Origin: an uncultured Pelagibacteraceae bacterium
GTDB taxonomy: Bacteria; Pseudomonadota; Alphaproteobacteria; Pelagibacterales; Pelagibacteraceae
Length of the DNA: 64,000 nt
NCBI GenBank assembly: GCA_902614355.1
Contig: CACMKP010000005.1
Location: 10,574 to 74,573 of the forward strand
Direction of reading: 5' to 3'
Positions 21,864 through 32,354 of the stretch are shown here, one piece after another. Below the pieces are notes generated by a model. That model did not search any database and was not told where the DNA came from. It was given only the letters and a program-made list of their open reading frames with translations. Position 1 is the first letter of the stretch. The number at the start of each line of letters is the position of its first letter. The position numbers and the translations under genes are program-made.

Positions 21864-23123
21864 TTATTTGGATGAAATTTTTTCTAAATTATTCATATAA
21901 GAACGTAACACTTTTGGGATTAGAATAGAGCCATCTTTTTGTTGATAGTTTTCTAAAATTGCGATCAAAGTTCTTCCTATTGCTAGACCACTACCATTTA
22001 AAGTACCGAGATGCTTTGTATCTTTGCTTTGAGTTTTATACCTTGCTTTCATTCTGCTCGCTTGGAATGTTGAGCACGAGGAACAAGAGGATATTTCACG
22101 GTATCTGTTTTCTGATGGTAACCATACTTCTAAATCATAAGTTTTTTCTGCACTAAATCCCATATCACCGCTACAAAGGATAACTTTTCGATAAGGTAAT
22201 TCAAGAAGATCTAAAATATTAGTCGCACAATTAGTCATTCTTTCAAGTTCCTCTAGACAATTTTCTTGCTCTACAATACTAACAAGTTCAACTTTATAAA
22301 ATTGATGTTGTCTTATCATCCCTTTGGTATCTTTACCGTAACTACCTGCCTCTTTTCTAAAACAAGGCGTTGAAGCAACAAATCTCATTGGTAAATCTTT
22401 TTGATTTACAATCTTATCTTTAACAATGTTTGTTAAAATTACCTCAGCTGTTGGTATAAGAAATTTTCTTTCATTTCCCTCCTCAATTTTAACTTCAAAT
22501 TGATCGTTTTCGAATTTAGGTAATTGTCCTGTACCATACATAGTGCTTTCTGAAGCTAATAATGGTGGTGATATTTCACTATAACCATTTTTGTTTATAT
22601 GAGTATCTAACATGAAATTTGATAATGCTCTCTCCAATAAAGCTAGTTTATCTCTTACAAAAACAAATCTTGATCCGGTAGTCTTTGTTGCTAATTCAAA
22701 ATCAAGCATGCCAAGATCTTCACCTAATTCATAATGACTTTTAACTTTAAAATCAAAATTTGGTATTGTTCCAGATTTCATGACTTCAATATTATCATTT
22801 TCATCCTTACCAGTTGGAACATCTTTGTGTGGAATATTCGGAATATTTGATAAAATACTATCTAATTCTATCTTAATTTTTTTTTGTTCTTCTGTAATCT
22901 CATCAATCTCTTGAGATAATTTTTTTGATTTTTCAAACAATGATTTATCTTTAGATTTGGATATTTCTTTTTTTTCTTGCTCTAAAGATTCTTTTTTTTG
23001 AATTAATTCTCTATTTTTTTTGTCTAATTTTTCTAAATTTGAAACATTTATTTCAATAGATCTTTTTTCTAAAGACTTTTTAAAATTATTAAAATCTTTT
23101 CTAATCTCTTTAAGATTGTGCAT
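21864..23123 (-). CDS. serS: Seryl-tRNA synthetase
   Basis: N-terminal coiled coil, LIPTAEV, FRKEAGS, EISSCS, LNGSGLA. Confidence 0.98.
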   Translation of the reverse strand: MHNLKEIRKDFNNFKKSLEKRSIEINVSNLEKLDKKNRELIQKKESLEQEKKEISKSKDKSLFEKSKKLSQEIDEITEEQKKIKIELDSILSNIPNIPHKDVPTGKDENDNIEVMKSGTIPNFDFKVKSHYELGEDLGMLDFELATKTTGSRFVFVRDKLALLERALSNFMLDTHINKNGYSEISPPLLASESTMYGTGQLPKFENDQFEVKIEEGNERKFLIPTAEVILTNIVKDKIVNQKDLPMRFVASTPCFRKEAGSYGKDTKGMIRQHQFYKVELVSIVEQENCLEELERMTNCATNILDLLELPYRKVILCSGDMGFSAEKTYDLEVWLPSENRYREISSCSSCSTFQASRMKARYKTQSKDTKHLGTLNGSGLAIGRTLIAILENYQQKDGSILIPKVLRSYMNNLEKISSK

Positions 23124-23886
23124 CAGATTTTTCTAAATTTTTATTTTCAATAAACCTTACTGAAAAAATTGATAATTCATATAAAATTAGTAAAGGTATC
23201 GCTAACCCAATTTGAGTTATTGGATCAGGTGGTGTTAGTAATGCGGCAGCTGTAAATATAATTACAACAACGTATTTTCTTCTTTTTTTTAAAAAATCTG
23301 AGTCAACTAATCCCACTCTTGCTAACAAACTTAAAACGACTGGAAGCTGAAAACTTATTCCAAATGCAAAAATTAATTTCATAACTAAAGATAAATACTC
23401 GTTCACTTTAGCCTCTAATTGGATTGGTAAATTGGTAGAAATACCTGAGCTTTCAAATGAAAGAAAAAATTTAATCGCTAAAGGCATTATTAGATAATAG
23501 ACAAGTAAACCTCCTAAAAAAAATAATACAGGTGTTAAAACTAAATAAGGTAAAATCGCAATTTTTTCATGCTTATAAAGTCCTGGCGCAATAAACTTCC
23601 ATATTTGCATTAAAATATATGGACAAGTTACAAAAAAAGCAGTGAAAAAAGAAACTTTCAGATAAGTTAAAAAGGTCTCTTGTAGAGCAGTAAATATCAA
23701 TCTTCTATTTGTCTCATCGTCTTTGACTGCTTTTGCATACGGTTCAACTAAAAAACCATATATATGTTCAGCAAAAAAATAACATCCTACAAAAAAAATA
23801 ATTAGAAATATGAAACTATGTATTAACCTTTTTCTTAATTCGGCTAAATGACTAATAAAACCTGTGTCTTTATCATCGTTAGTCAT
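23110..23886 (-). CDS. tatC: Twin-arginine translocase TatC
   Basis: HLAELRKRL, FIAPGLY..E, TPPDPITQ. Confidence 0.97.
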   Translation of the reverse strand: MTNDDKDTGFISHLAELRKRLIHSFIFLIIFFVGCYFFAEHIYGFLVEPYAKAVKDDETNRRLIFTALQETFLTYLKVSFFTAFFVTCPYILMQIWKFIAPGLYKHEKIAILPYLVLTPVLFFLGGLLVYYLIMPLAIKFFLSFESSGISTNLPIQLEAKVNEYLSLVMKLIFAFGISFQLPVVLSLLARVGLVDSDFLKKRRKYVVVIIFTAAALLTPPDPITQIGLAIPLLILYELSIFSVRFIENKNLEKSDAQS

Positions 23887-24091
23887 TTTTCTTATCTTCC
23901 TTATTTTCTTTCATTTCATTTTCATCAATATCAATGTTGGAAACCTCATTTTGAATATTATTGACATACCTTTTAGCAGTACCAATCCAAGAACCAACTT
24001 TTTTAAGCATTACCGGGAAATCTTTTGGACCCAAGACAATTATAGCAATACCTACGACAATTAAAATTTCAAACCAACCAATTGTAGGCAT
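23879..24091 (-). CDS. tatB: Twin-arginine translocase TatB (short)
   Basis: IGWFEIL..IIVLGPKDFP; lies between tatA and tatC. Confidence 0.92.
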   Translation of the reverse strand: MPTIGWFEILIVVGIAIIVLGPKDFPVMLKKVGSWIGTAKRYVNNIQNEVSNIDIDENEMKENKEDKKND

Positions 24092-24096
24092 GTGGT

Positions 24097-24306
24097 TTAT
24101 TCTTTGTTGTTAGATTTATTATTGTCCTGATTATCGTCAGAAATATTTTTAGGTTCTGACTCATCTGTTACGTCAGATGCCATACCCTTTTTGAAACTTT
24201 TAATACCCTTGGCTACATCGCCCATCAAACTAGATATTTTCCCACGACCAAATAGTAAAACAACTAATATAACTACTATAGCTATTTGCCAAATTCCTAT
24301 ACTCAT
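24097..24306 (-). CDS. tatA: Twin-arginine translocase TatA
   Basis: [17 protein letters not shown]. Confidence 0.95.
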   Translation of the reverse strand: MSIGIWQIAIVVILVVLLFGRGKISSLMGDVAKGIKSFKKGMASDVTDESEPKNISDDNQDNNKSNNKE

Positions 24307-24348
24307 GAGTAACTTATAACCTTTTTATTAAAAATTTAAAGTAGCAAA

Positions 24349-25044
24349 TTACTTTTGCTCATCCTTATCAAGAGTGCTACTCAACATTTCATCAATATTT
24401 GAGTAAATGTCCTCTTTTTTTTCTTCTTGTTTTTCCTTGTAAAATTTTCCTGTACCAAATATTGCATTATCTATATTAGCGCTATCAATTAAACCTGCGG
24501 CTCCTAACTCATCAACAGTAGGTAAATCAGATAATTTTTGCAGGTTAAAATGACTAAGAAAATTATCAGTCGTAACGTATTGAATTGGTTTTCCAGGTAC
24601 ATCTTTTCTTCCACCAGGCTTAACCCAGTCTAATTCCATCAATATCTCAACAGTATTTGTTCCAAAAGCTACACCTCTAATTTCCTCAATTTCTGCTCGG
24701 GTTACAGGTTGATGGTAAACAATAATTGATAAAGTCTCGATTGCAGCCCTAGATAATTTTTTTTCAACAGTCTTTTCTTGTATCATCAAACTTGACAATT
24801 TAGCAGACGTTCGAAAAGACCATTTATTAGATATACAAACTAAATTTATTCCTCGATCTTTATATTCATTTTGTAATTTTTGTAGAATTTTTTCAACATC
24901 TGATTTTTTAGAAATTTTATTTTCAATAGTACTAATATCTAAAGGTTCGGCTGCAGCAAAAATTATTGCTTCAATTTCTTTTTCGACATTTGATAACTTT
25001 GAGGGAAAATCAATTATATTATTTTTTTTCTTCTTTTTAATCAT
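24349..25044 (-). CDS. scpB: SMC-Scp complex subunit ScpB
   Basis: EAIIFAA, LSRAAIETL..YHQPVTRAEIEEIRGV. Confidence 0.96.
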   Translation of the reverse strand: MIKKKKKNNIIDFPSKLSNVEKEIEAIIFAAAEPLDISTIENKISKKSDVEKILQKLQNEYKDRGINLVCISNKWSFRTSAKLSSLMIQEKTVEKKLSRAAIETLSIIVYHQPVTRAEIEEIRGVAFGTNTVEILMELDWVKPGGRKDVPGKPIQYVTTDNFLSHFNLQKLSDLPTVDELGAAGLIDSANIDNAIFGTGKFYKEKQEEKKEDIYSNIDEMLSSTLDKDEQK

Positions 25045-25781
25045 TTGTTCTCTTTTATATAAATCTCTTCAAAAAGATCATCTTGTTTTATTCTTAAATT
25101 TCCCTCTTTAACTAATTCTAATGAACCAGCAAAAATTCCAGCCGTTCCAGTACTTTTAAACTTTTTTTCATTTTTAAAATTTTTTGGTATCAAATCATCT
25201 AATTTCTTCCAATCTAAAAGCTTACCAAAAAAATCTCTGATGGTTTTTATACCGTCTTCAGTTGTAAAAACTGGAAGTCTTGGGATATTAATTTTTTGAA
25301 AATCCTTAGTCATTAAAATAGAGGAGTACGTTTTTAAAAGGTCAAATAAACTGATATTATATTCACTATTATAAATTGGTCTTATTCCAGCCTTCATGCC
25401 TCTTGTTCTGATCTCTTTTCCAAGACGTTTACGCTTAAGCATTTGATCTGACAATAATCTTATTAATTCTAATTTTTTAAGTTGTAATTTTAATTTTTCA
25501 GCAACTTCTTGAAGTTTGAACTCTTCCTCCGGAGAGCTTGGTAATAATAATTTTGATTTTAGGTAAGCTAGCCATGTTGCCATTAACAAATATTCAGAAG
25601 CTGTCTCTAAATTTAAATTTGTTTCATTTTTAATATAATCATTAAATTGATCTGCTAATTTAGTTATTGATATTTTTTCTAAATTTACTTTTTGAGCTTT
25701 TGCAAGATCTAATAAAACATCTAGTGGACCATTATAATTTTCAATTTGAACGTTAAAAAATTCAGAATCGTTGAAAGACAT
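25041..25781 (-). CDS. scpA: Segregation and condensation protein ScpA
   Basis: GPLDVLLDL, EYLLMATWLAYLKSKLLLP, LELVKEG. Confidence 0.95.
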   Translation of the reverse strand: MSFNDSEFFNVQIENYNGPLDVLLDLAKAQKVNLEKISITKLADQFNDYIKNETNLNLETASEYLLMATWLAYLKSKLLLPSSPEEEFKLQEVAEKLKLQLKKLELIRLLSDQMLKRKRLGKEIRTRGMKAGIRPIYNSEYNISLFDLLKTYSSILMTKDFQKINIPRLPVFTTEDGIKTIRDFFGKLLDWKKLDDLIPKNFKNEKKFKSTGTAGIFAGSLELVKEGNLRIKQDDLFEEIYIKENK

Positions 25782-25790
25782 ATGCCAATA

Positions 25791-26738
25791 TTATCTTAAA
25801 ATATTGTAAAATTGTGATGTTTTTTTTATTATAAATTTACTTATTAAAGGTGAGTTTTTACCAACAATTTCCATTTCTTTTAATTTACCATTGCAATGTA
25901 ACGCTAAATTACAACCAGCTTTAAAAGTATCAATTGTATTTATTTTGAGACCCTTTTTAAGGCTCTTCATAGATAAATCATCAGAAATTAGGAGATTTTT
26001 AAAACCTATTTTTTTTCTAATAATATTTATCATTTTTCTAGAATGAGTGACTGTATTGTCTTTATCAATTTGATTAAAAATCAAATGACCAGTCATTGCA
26101 AAAAAAGAATTTTTATTTTTAAAAGCTTTAAAATCATTTTTTAAAAGATATTGAAGTGATTTATTAATATATGGAGTAGAAAAATGGCTATCAACTTTAG
26201 CAAGACCATGCCCAGGTATGTGCTTTATAATAGTACCAATAGAGTTTTCTTTATAAGTTTGAATGCATATATCACCAATTTTAGAGACAATATTAGGATC
26301 TCTTGAAAAGGATCTGTCTCCAATTAGTTTACTGGAACCACTAATTTTAAGATCTAACACTGGAACAGAATTGATGTTTATTCCTAGTTCTTTTAATAAA
26401 TATGATGTTTTATCTAAAAAAATTTTAAAATAGATATCAAAATCTTTTTTATTTTTAACATATTTTTTTCCAAAAAAGTCAGAGGTCAAATTCTTAAAAG
26501 AGATGATATTTTCTAATCTGCTTACACGTCCACCCTCTTGATCAATCATTATAGGATATTTCTTGTCATCGAAAATATTTCTTATTTTTGAAGTTAGTTT
26601 TTTAGTTTGTTTTAAATTCTTGATATTTCTAGTAAATAAAATAATCCCCCATGGTTTGTATTTTTTTAAAAAAAGTTGTTCCTTTGAACTAATTTCAGTC
26701 GATTTAAGACCAACTATAAATGCTCTACGATTATTCAT
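25791..26738 (-). CDS. nagZ: Beta-N-acetylhexosaminidase (GH3)
   Basis: DQEGGRV, KHIPGHG..DSH, SDDLSM. Confidence 0.94.
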   Translation of the reverse strand: MNNRRAFIVGLKSTEISSKEQLFLKKYKPWGIILFTRNIKNLKQTKKLTSKIRNIFDDKKYPIMIDQEGGRVSRLENIISFKNLTSDFFGKKYVKNKKDFDIYFKIFLDKTSYLLKELGININSVPVLDLKISGSSKLIGDRSFSRDPNIVSKIGDICIQTYKENSIGTIIKHIPGHGLAKVDSHFSTPYINKSLQYLLKNDFKAFKNKNSFFAMTGHLIFNQIDKDNTVTHSRKMINIIRKKIGFKNLLISDDLSMKSLKKGLKINTIDTFKAGCNLALHCNGKLKEMEIVGKNSPLISKFIIKKTSQFYNILR

Positions 26739-26991
26739 TACTTTCTAACAATTTCCAAAAATTATATTTTTTTTTATTGGATTTGGTCTCTTCAACGTAT
26801 TCAATTATATTTTGAGTATCGCTTTTTAAAACTGGTAATTTTTTTACATAATTATTTATTTTTGTATCGATATTGTTCAATGATCTATATGATTTTTTTT
26901 TATTTTCATCAGAAAAATAATATCGAATAGTAAAAAATAAGAACAAAGAAATTAAGATAATAAATACTAAATACTTAATTTCTTTAATCAT
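26731..26991 (-). CDS. Small bitopic membrane protein in the ftsN syntenic position (candidate minimal FtsN)
   Basis: 86 aa with one N-terminal TM helix; start overlaps the argS stop and stop overlaps the nagZ start. CDS is likely; the function is inferred. Confidence 0.7.
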   Translation of the reverse strand: MIKEIKYLVFIILISLFLFFTIRYYFSDENKKKSYRSLNNIDTKINNYVKKLPVLKSDTQNIIEYVEETKSNKKKYNFWKLLESNE

Positions 26992-28724
26992 TACATTTTT
27001 TCTGGTGTTGAAACACCAATAATATTCATACCTGATTTAATTACATTGGAAATAACTTTAATAAAAATCAATCTGTCATTATCGATTTTTTTTTGTTCAT
27101 TTATAAATCGTTTATCTGGATTATCTTTTCCTAAATTCCAATAAGAATGAAATAATGATGATAAGTCATAAAGATAAACAGCTACTCTATGTGGCTCCAA
27201 TCTATTACATGATATATCTATACATTTTGGCCATTCAGCTATCTTTTTTAAAATTTGAATTTCATCATTTGAATATCTAAAATCATAACTATCAATATCT
27301 AATTCAGAACTTAAATCTTTATTTAAATGTCTAAATACAGAAGCTATTCTTGCATAAGCATATTGTACATAATACAGAGGATTTTCTTTTGACTTCTCCA
27401 CTACATTGTCAAAATCAAAATCTAATTCTACATCACTACTTCTATTTAGCATTATAAATCTAGTAGCATCTTTGCCAACTTCATCTATTAGGTCATCTAC
27501 AGTAATATAATCACCTTTTCTTTTTGACATTTTAAAAGGTTTTTTATCTTTAATAAGTTTTACGAGTTGGCTTACTTTACATATTAATTTGATTTTGGAA
27601 TTAGATAACGCATCAACAGACGATGAAATTCTTTTTATATACCCAGTGTGATCAGCACCTAAAATATTTATTAAACAATCAAACTTTCTGTCTAATTTAT
27701 TTTTATGATAAGCTACATCACTTGCAAAATAAGTCCATGAACCATCACTTTTTTGTAATGCTCTATCTTTATCATCACCAAAATCAGTTGATTTAAAAAG
27801 AAGTTGCTCTCTCTCCTCCCAATTATTTTTATCCTCTCCGATTGGTGCTTTAATCTTCCCTTTATAAACAAAATTATTTTTTTTAAGGGTTTTAACGACT
27901 TTTTCTACTTCTTTATTAGAAACTAATTCTTTTTCACTGACAAAACTATCATGATTAATTCCAAGACTATTAAGATTTTTTTTAATTAGATTTAATGCCT
28001 CTGCAATTGATAGAACAGTTAAATTTTCAGAAATACTTTCAAAATTTTCAAAGTTTAGATCTTTATTTGATTTTATAATATTTTGAGCAAAATCTTTTAT
28101 ATAATCGCCTGGATATAAATTTTCATCATTAGACGGGAAGTTCTCCTTAAATTTTATCTCTCTAATTCTAAAATAAACTGATTTTGTAAAATCAATTATT
28201 TGATTACCATAATCATTTACATAGTATTCTTTTGTTACCTTATGATTGTTGTACTGTAACAAATTTGCCGTTACATCGCCTAAAATAGCACCTCGACAAT
28301 GACCTACGTGTAATGGTCCAGTTGGATTGGCAGATACAAATTCTATCAAATAATTTATTTTTTTTTCTTTTTTATTTACTCCAAAACTTTTGTAATTTTC
28401 GATGACGTCTTTTATAAAATCTGTCCAAAATATTGGTTTAAACTTAATATTAATAAAACCAGGCTTTTCAATTGATATCCTTTCAATTTGCTTATCATTA
28501 TCACTTAAAATTGGAGATAAAATTTCAGCAATATCATTGGGCGTCTTTTTATTAATCTTTGCTAAGAACATTGCTACATTAGTTGAAATATCACTATCAA
28601 ACTTAACTGGTGGAATTTCAGCGGTAATTCCTTCCAAATTCTGAGGCAAAATAATCTTATTTTGTTTAGACAAATCGTTAAGTATGTCTTTTATTTTAAT
28701 CAGATATATATCAAAAATATTCAT
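26991..28724 (-). CDS. argS: Arginyl-tRNA synthetase
   Basis: EFVSANPTGPLHVGH, GADH, KMSKR, YYVQYAYAR. Confidence 0.98.
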   Translation of the reverse strand: MNIFDIYLIKIKDILNDLSKQNKIILPQNLEGITAEIPPVKFDSDISTNVAMFLAKINKKTPNDIAEILSPILSDNDKQIERISIEKPGFINIKFKPIFWTDFIKDVIENYKSFGVNKKEKKINYLIEFVSANPTGPLHVGHCRGAILGDVTANLLQYNNHKVTKEYYVNDYGNQIIDFTKSVYFRIREIKFKENFPSNDENLYPGDYIKDFAQNIIKSNKDLNFENFESISENLTVLSIAEALNLIKKNLNSLGINHDSFVSEKELVSNKEVEKVVKTLKKNNFVYKGKIKAPIGEDKNNWEEREQLLFKSTDFGDDKDRALQKSDGSWTYFASDVAYHKNKLDRKFDCLINILGADHTGYIKRISSSVDALSNSKIKLICKVSQLVKLIKDKKPFKMSKRKGDYITVDDLIDEVGKDATRFIMLNRSSDVELDFDFDNVVEKSKENPLYYVQYAYARIASVFRHLNKDLSSELDIDSYDFRYSNDEIQILKKIAEWPKCIDISCNRLEPHRVAVYLYDLSSLFHSYWNLGKDNPDKRFINEQKKIDNDRLIFIKVISNVIKSGMNIIGVSTPEKM

Positions 28725-29839
28725 TTTAAATCTTTATATAAATTAATAGCATATCTATCAGTCATCCCAGATATAAAATCAGAAATTGCTCTAAACTTAT
28801 CAACAGTGAGCTCTTTTCTTGAAATAAATTTTTTTGGATTTTTTGTAATCATTTCAAAAAGTTTTTTGATAATATATTTTCCTCTATTATTTTTTTTCAA
28901 GACATTTTTGTTATTGTACATTTTTGATTTTAGGAAAAATCTAATCTCATAATCCGAATTCTTTATTTTGTCAGAAAAATCTACAGTTAGATCTTTTGTT
29001 TTTTTTATATCTTTAGATTCTTTAATTCTATTTTTTTTTAAATTTTTTAAGGTATTAGATATTAAGTCTTTTATCATTATATCAATTGAATCTCTTATGA
29101 TCTGATATACTGCGATATCATAGTTATATCTATTTATTTTTCTTTTATATTTTTTATAAATGTTTTTAAAAAAATCTATTTCAACTAACTCCTCAATTGA
29201 AAATAAATTAGCCTTAAGTCCATCTTGTATGTCATGATTATTATAAGCAATATCGTCTGAAATAGCTGCAATTTGAGCTTCTAATGGTGGATATGTTTTA
29301 AAATTAATTAAATTCTTAAATTTTTTTGTGTCTATTAAATCATTTACTAAATTTAAGTCCACCACTGGCCCATTGTGTTTTAAAAGGCCCTCCAAGGTCT
29401 CAATTGATAAATTTAGACCATTATATTTCATATATTTATTTTCTAAGAACATCACAATTCTCAATGTTTGCAAATTATGATCAAACCCACCGTGATCAGC
29501 CATGCAATCATTCAAAGACTCCTCGCCTGCATGGCCAAACGGAGTGTGGCCTAAGTCGTGCGCCAAGCTTAAGGTCTCTGTTAGGTCCTCATTTAAATTG
29601 AAATAACGTGCTATAGACCGTGCAATTTGAGATACTTCCATTGAATGAGTTATACGAGTTCGATAATGATCACCCTCTGTATTTACAAACACTTGGGTCT
29701 TATGTTTTAATCTTCTAAACGAAGCGCTATGTATAATTCGATCTCGATCTCTTTGAAATGGAGATCTGTATTTTGAGGGTGTTTCGTAAAATATTCTACC
29801 CTTACTTTTGAATAACCCTAGCTTTGAGTAATTTTTCAT
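28721..29839 (-). CDS. dgt: Deoxyguanosinetriphosphate triphosphohydrolase
   Basis: RSPFQRDRDRI, RLKHKTQV, HDLGHTPFGH HD motif. Confidence 0.95.
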   Translation of the reverse strand: MKNYSKLGLFKSKGRIFYETPSKYRSPFQRDRDRIIHSASFRRLKHKTQVFVNTEGDHYRTRITHSMEVSQIARSIARYFNLNEDLTETLSLAHDLGHTPFGHAGEESLNDCMADHGGFDHNLQTLRIVMFLENKYMKYNGLNLSIETLEGLLKHNGPVVDLNLVNDLIDTKKFKNLINFKTYPPLEAQIAAISDDIAYNNHDIQDGLKANLFSIEELVEIDFFKNIYKKYKRKINRYNYDIAVYQIIRDSIDIMIKDLISNTLKNLKKNRIKESKDIKKTKDLTVDFSDKIKNSDYEIRFFLKSKMYNNKNVLKKNNRGKYIIKKLFEMITKNPKKFISRKELTVDKFRAISDFISGMTDRYAINLYKDLK

Positions 29840-29889
29840 CCTTTAAAATATAAATTTTAGTATTATATTACTAATATCAGTGATCAATT

Positions 29890-30207
29890 ATGATTAAAGA
29901 AATTAAATTTACCGATAAAGCACTAAAACAGATCAATGTTCTTTTATCTAAAAAAGATAAAGGCTCTTTTTTTAGAATCGCTATCAAAGGTGGTGGTTGC
30001 TCGGGTTTTCAATACGAATTTACTTTTGACAAAGAAAAAAATGATGACGATTTAAATTATCAAAATATTTTAATTGATAAAACTTCAGCAGATTTACTCA
30101 AAGGATCTGAGGTTGATTATGTCTCTGAATTAATTGGTGAGCAATTTAAGATTAATAATCCACAAACTAAATCATCTTGTGGTTGTGGTGTCTCCTTTTC
30201 ACTTTAA
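29890..30207 (+). CDS. erpA: A-type Fe-S cluster carrier (ErpA/IscA/HesB family)
   Basis: GGGCSGFQY and SCGCGVSF; dgt-erpA-xth synteny. Confidence 0.9.
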   Translation: MIKEIKFTDKALKQINVLLSKKDKGSFFRIAIKGGGCSGFQYEFTFDKEKNDDDLNYQNILIDKTSADLLKGSEVDYVSELIGEQFKINNPQTKSSCGCGVSFSL

Positions 30208-30983
30208 TGATAATCTCATCATGGAATATAAATTCTGTTAGAGCTCGAATTGAAAATATAAAAAGTTATCTGCTAAAATATAAGCCTGACATCTTAATGA
30301 TGCAGGAAATCAAAACAGAGGACTTAAATTTTCCTTATGATGATTTTTCATCTATGGATTATGAAAGCCATGTATTTGGTCAAAAAAGTTACAATGGCGT
30401 AGCAATTATTTCTAAAGGGAAATTAAAAAATATCAGAAAAGACCTAATTAAAGATAAACTAAAACAATCAAGAATAATTTCTGCTGAAATGGAATATAAG
30501 AAAAAAAATATCCAATTAATCAATATTTACACTCCTAATGGTAATCCAGTCGACACTGAAAAGTATGATTATAAAAAAAAATGGCTCGATGACTTAATTA
30601 AGGAATTAAAAAATTTAAGTAAAAAAAATCAAAATATTATTCTGGCTGGGGATTTTAATATAATACCATCAGCGGAAGATGTATATAATCCAAAAAGTTT
30701 TGAAGATGATGCCTTGTTTAGATTGGAAATTAGAAAAAAATTGAGAGAAATGATTAATCTAGGTTTTAATGACGTCTATAGACATTTTTATGATACCAAA
30801 GAAGGTTATACTTTTTGGGATTATATGAGAGGTGCTTGGCAAAAAAATAACGGAATGAGAATAGACCATTTTTTAGTCTCAAATTCTCTAATAGATAATA
30901 TTAAAAATATCAATATTAATAAAGACCCTAGAGGACGAAAAAAGCCATCAGACCACACTCCTATAGAAATAACTTTAGCTTAA
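30207..30983 (+). CDS. xth: Exodeoxyribonuclease III
   Basis: SWNINSVR, QEIK, GDFN, RIDH, SDH; start corrected to ATG 30207 (TAATG overlap with erpA). Confidence 0.96.
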   Translation: MIISSWNINSVRARIENIKSYLLKYKPDILMMQEIKTEDLNFPYDDFSSMDYESHVFGQKSYNGVAIISKGKLKNIRKDLIKDKLKQSRIISAEMEYKKKNIQLINIYTPNGNPVDTEKYDYKKKWLDDLIKELKNLSKKNQNIILAGDFNIIPSAEDVYNPKSFEDDALFRLEIRKKLREMINLGFNDVYRHFYDTKEGYTFWDYMRGAWQKNNGMRIDHFLVSNSLIDNIKNININKDPRGRKKPSDHTPIEITLA

Positions 30984-31043
30984 AGACTTTGTCTTACTTA
31001 CTAGGTTGTCATTTATATTTTGGGATCTTTATTTAATTTATTT

Positions 31044-31307
31044 CTAATGTTCATGATTATGCTCTTCATTTAAATTCTTTATATCTATCTCTCGAATATC
31101 AATAATTGGTTTTGCTATCCGCCAATTTCTTACTCTTCCACCCTCTGCTCTCTCGGTTATTATGGTTTCTATAGGCGGGCAATTAGGTTCATGGCAACTT
31201 AACTCAGCCATACTTAAAATAGATGTTTCAGGTATTTGATATCTTTTCGAAAATAGAACTTTTAAATTTCTAATAGTTTCCGCATTTGGTTTTTTTTTAT
31301 TGAACAT
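31044..31307 (-). CDS. Small conserved-looking protein with CxEPxCPPxET motif and His-rich tail
   Basis: ELSCHEPNCPPIETII; C-terminal EEHNHEH; 3 bp downstream of the WD40 gene. Confidence 0.75.
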   Translation of the reverse strand: MFNKKKPNAETIRNLKVLFSKRYQIPETSILSMAELSCHEPNCPPIETIITERAEGGRVRNWRIAKPIIDIREIDIKNLNEEHNHEH

Positions 31308-31310
31308 AAG

Positions 31311-32354
31311 TTAATTTTTTTCCTCATCCCAAATCGATGTCCATAAAATATTTCCTCCCATATCTCCTATTAAAAGATGTGAGCAATCATCAGTGACCGC
31401 AATGGCAGAAACTTCAAATTCAGTAAAACTTCGAATAATTATTGTATTATTTGCTTTTTCAATTTCTGATAAATAAACTGAGCCATCACTTAGTCCAGTT
31501 AAAATTGCATTTTCATTAGGAAATGATTCAACAAATGTGACTAATTGTTTTCCTACATACGGAAGACAAATTGGTTCACGACCTACTGGTCCATCGCCGT
31601 CAAATGGCCAACATACAGCAACATTCGCACCAGATGTTGCTAAATATTTTGAGTCACCTACAAAGGCGAAACTTTTAACTTTTGCACCATATCCTGACAT
31701 TACAGAGTCAATCTTGTCTTTTAATCGCCAAAAATGAAGTTGGTTTTCCTGCATGGACGTCACCAAGTATCTGTCGTCAGGACTAAAAATGACTTTATTA
31801 TGAGAACCTTTCCAAATTAAATCAGAAGAAGTCCATTTGTTGCTATAATCTTTTTTCCAAAGAGTAACTCCACCATATCTAGAAACTGCTAATTTTCTAC
31901 CTTTAGAGTCGAACGCTACACCACCAATAGTGCTGTCATGCTCTAACAGTTTTGGTTCTTTTTTATTTGGCATCCAGAGATATACAATATTTCCAGATGT
32001 GCAAACCACGCTGCCATTTTTTGATGTAACATGATCTATCCAACGAGTACCAAAGTTACTAATCTCATTTATATTTCCATCTAGAGAAATTCTTAAAAAA
32101 CGACCATCATCTCCACCAGTTAAAATATGATCTCCATCTTTTGCCATACAAAGAACAATACCTTTATGTGCTTTTATCGGTTTAGAGCTTTTTCCAGACG
32201 AGAAAATTCTAACAGTTCCATCTCCAAATCCAACAGCTATAGAATTGCCAACTGTAACAGCATTAATGACGGGAATTCCTAGTCTAAACTCTTTTCCTCG
32301 GTTTTCAAATTTGGTTTTATTTAACTGTGGAAAATTATTTAGATCAGCTTTCAT
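31311..32354 (-). CDS. WD40/beta-propeller repeat protein
   Basis: Repeated blades (GFGDGTVRIF, TGGDDGRF, SRYGGVTLW, FSPDDRYLVT, TGLSDGSVYL); ATGA overlap with the COG0523 gene. Confidence 0.88.
   Translation of the reverse strand: MKADLNNFPQLNKTKFENRGKEFRLGIPVINAVTVGNSIAVGFGDGTVRIFSSGKSSKPIKAHKGIVLCMAKDGDHILTGGDDGRFLRISLDGNINEISNFGTRWIDHVTSKNGSVVCTSGNIVYLWMPNKKEPKLLEHDSTIGGVAFDSKGRKLAVSRYGGVTLWKKDYSNKWTSSDLIWKGSHNKVIFSPDDRYLVTSMQENQLHFWRLKDKIDSVMSGYGAKVKSFAFVGDSKYLATSGANVAVCWPFDGDGPVGREPICLPYVGKQLVTFVESFPNENAILTGLSDGSVYLSEIEKANNTIIIRSFTEFEVSAIAVTDDCSHLLIGDMGGNILWTSIWDEEKN

Noticed and set aside
30177-30206. MWLWCLLFTL extension of Xth
   Set aside because: Lies inside erpA; the family begins at MIISSWN (30207)
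30984-31043. Short AAGAC-TTT-GTCTT hairpin as an island attachment site
   Set aside because: Only a 5-bp stem, and no matching copy seen at the other end of the cluster
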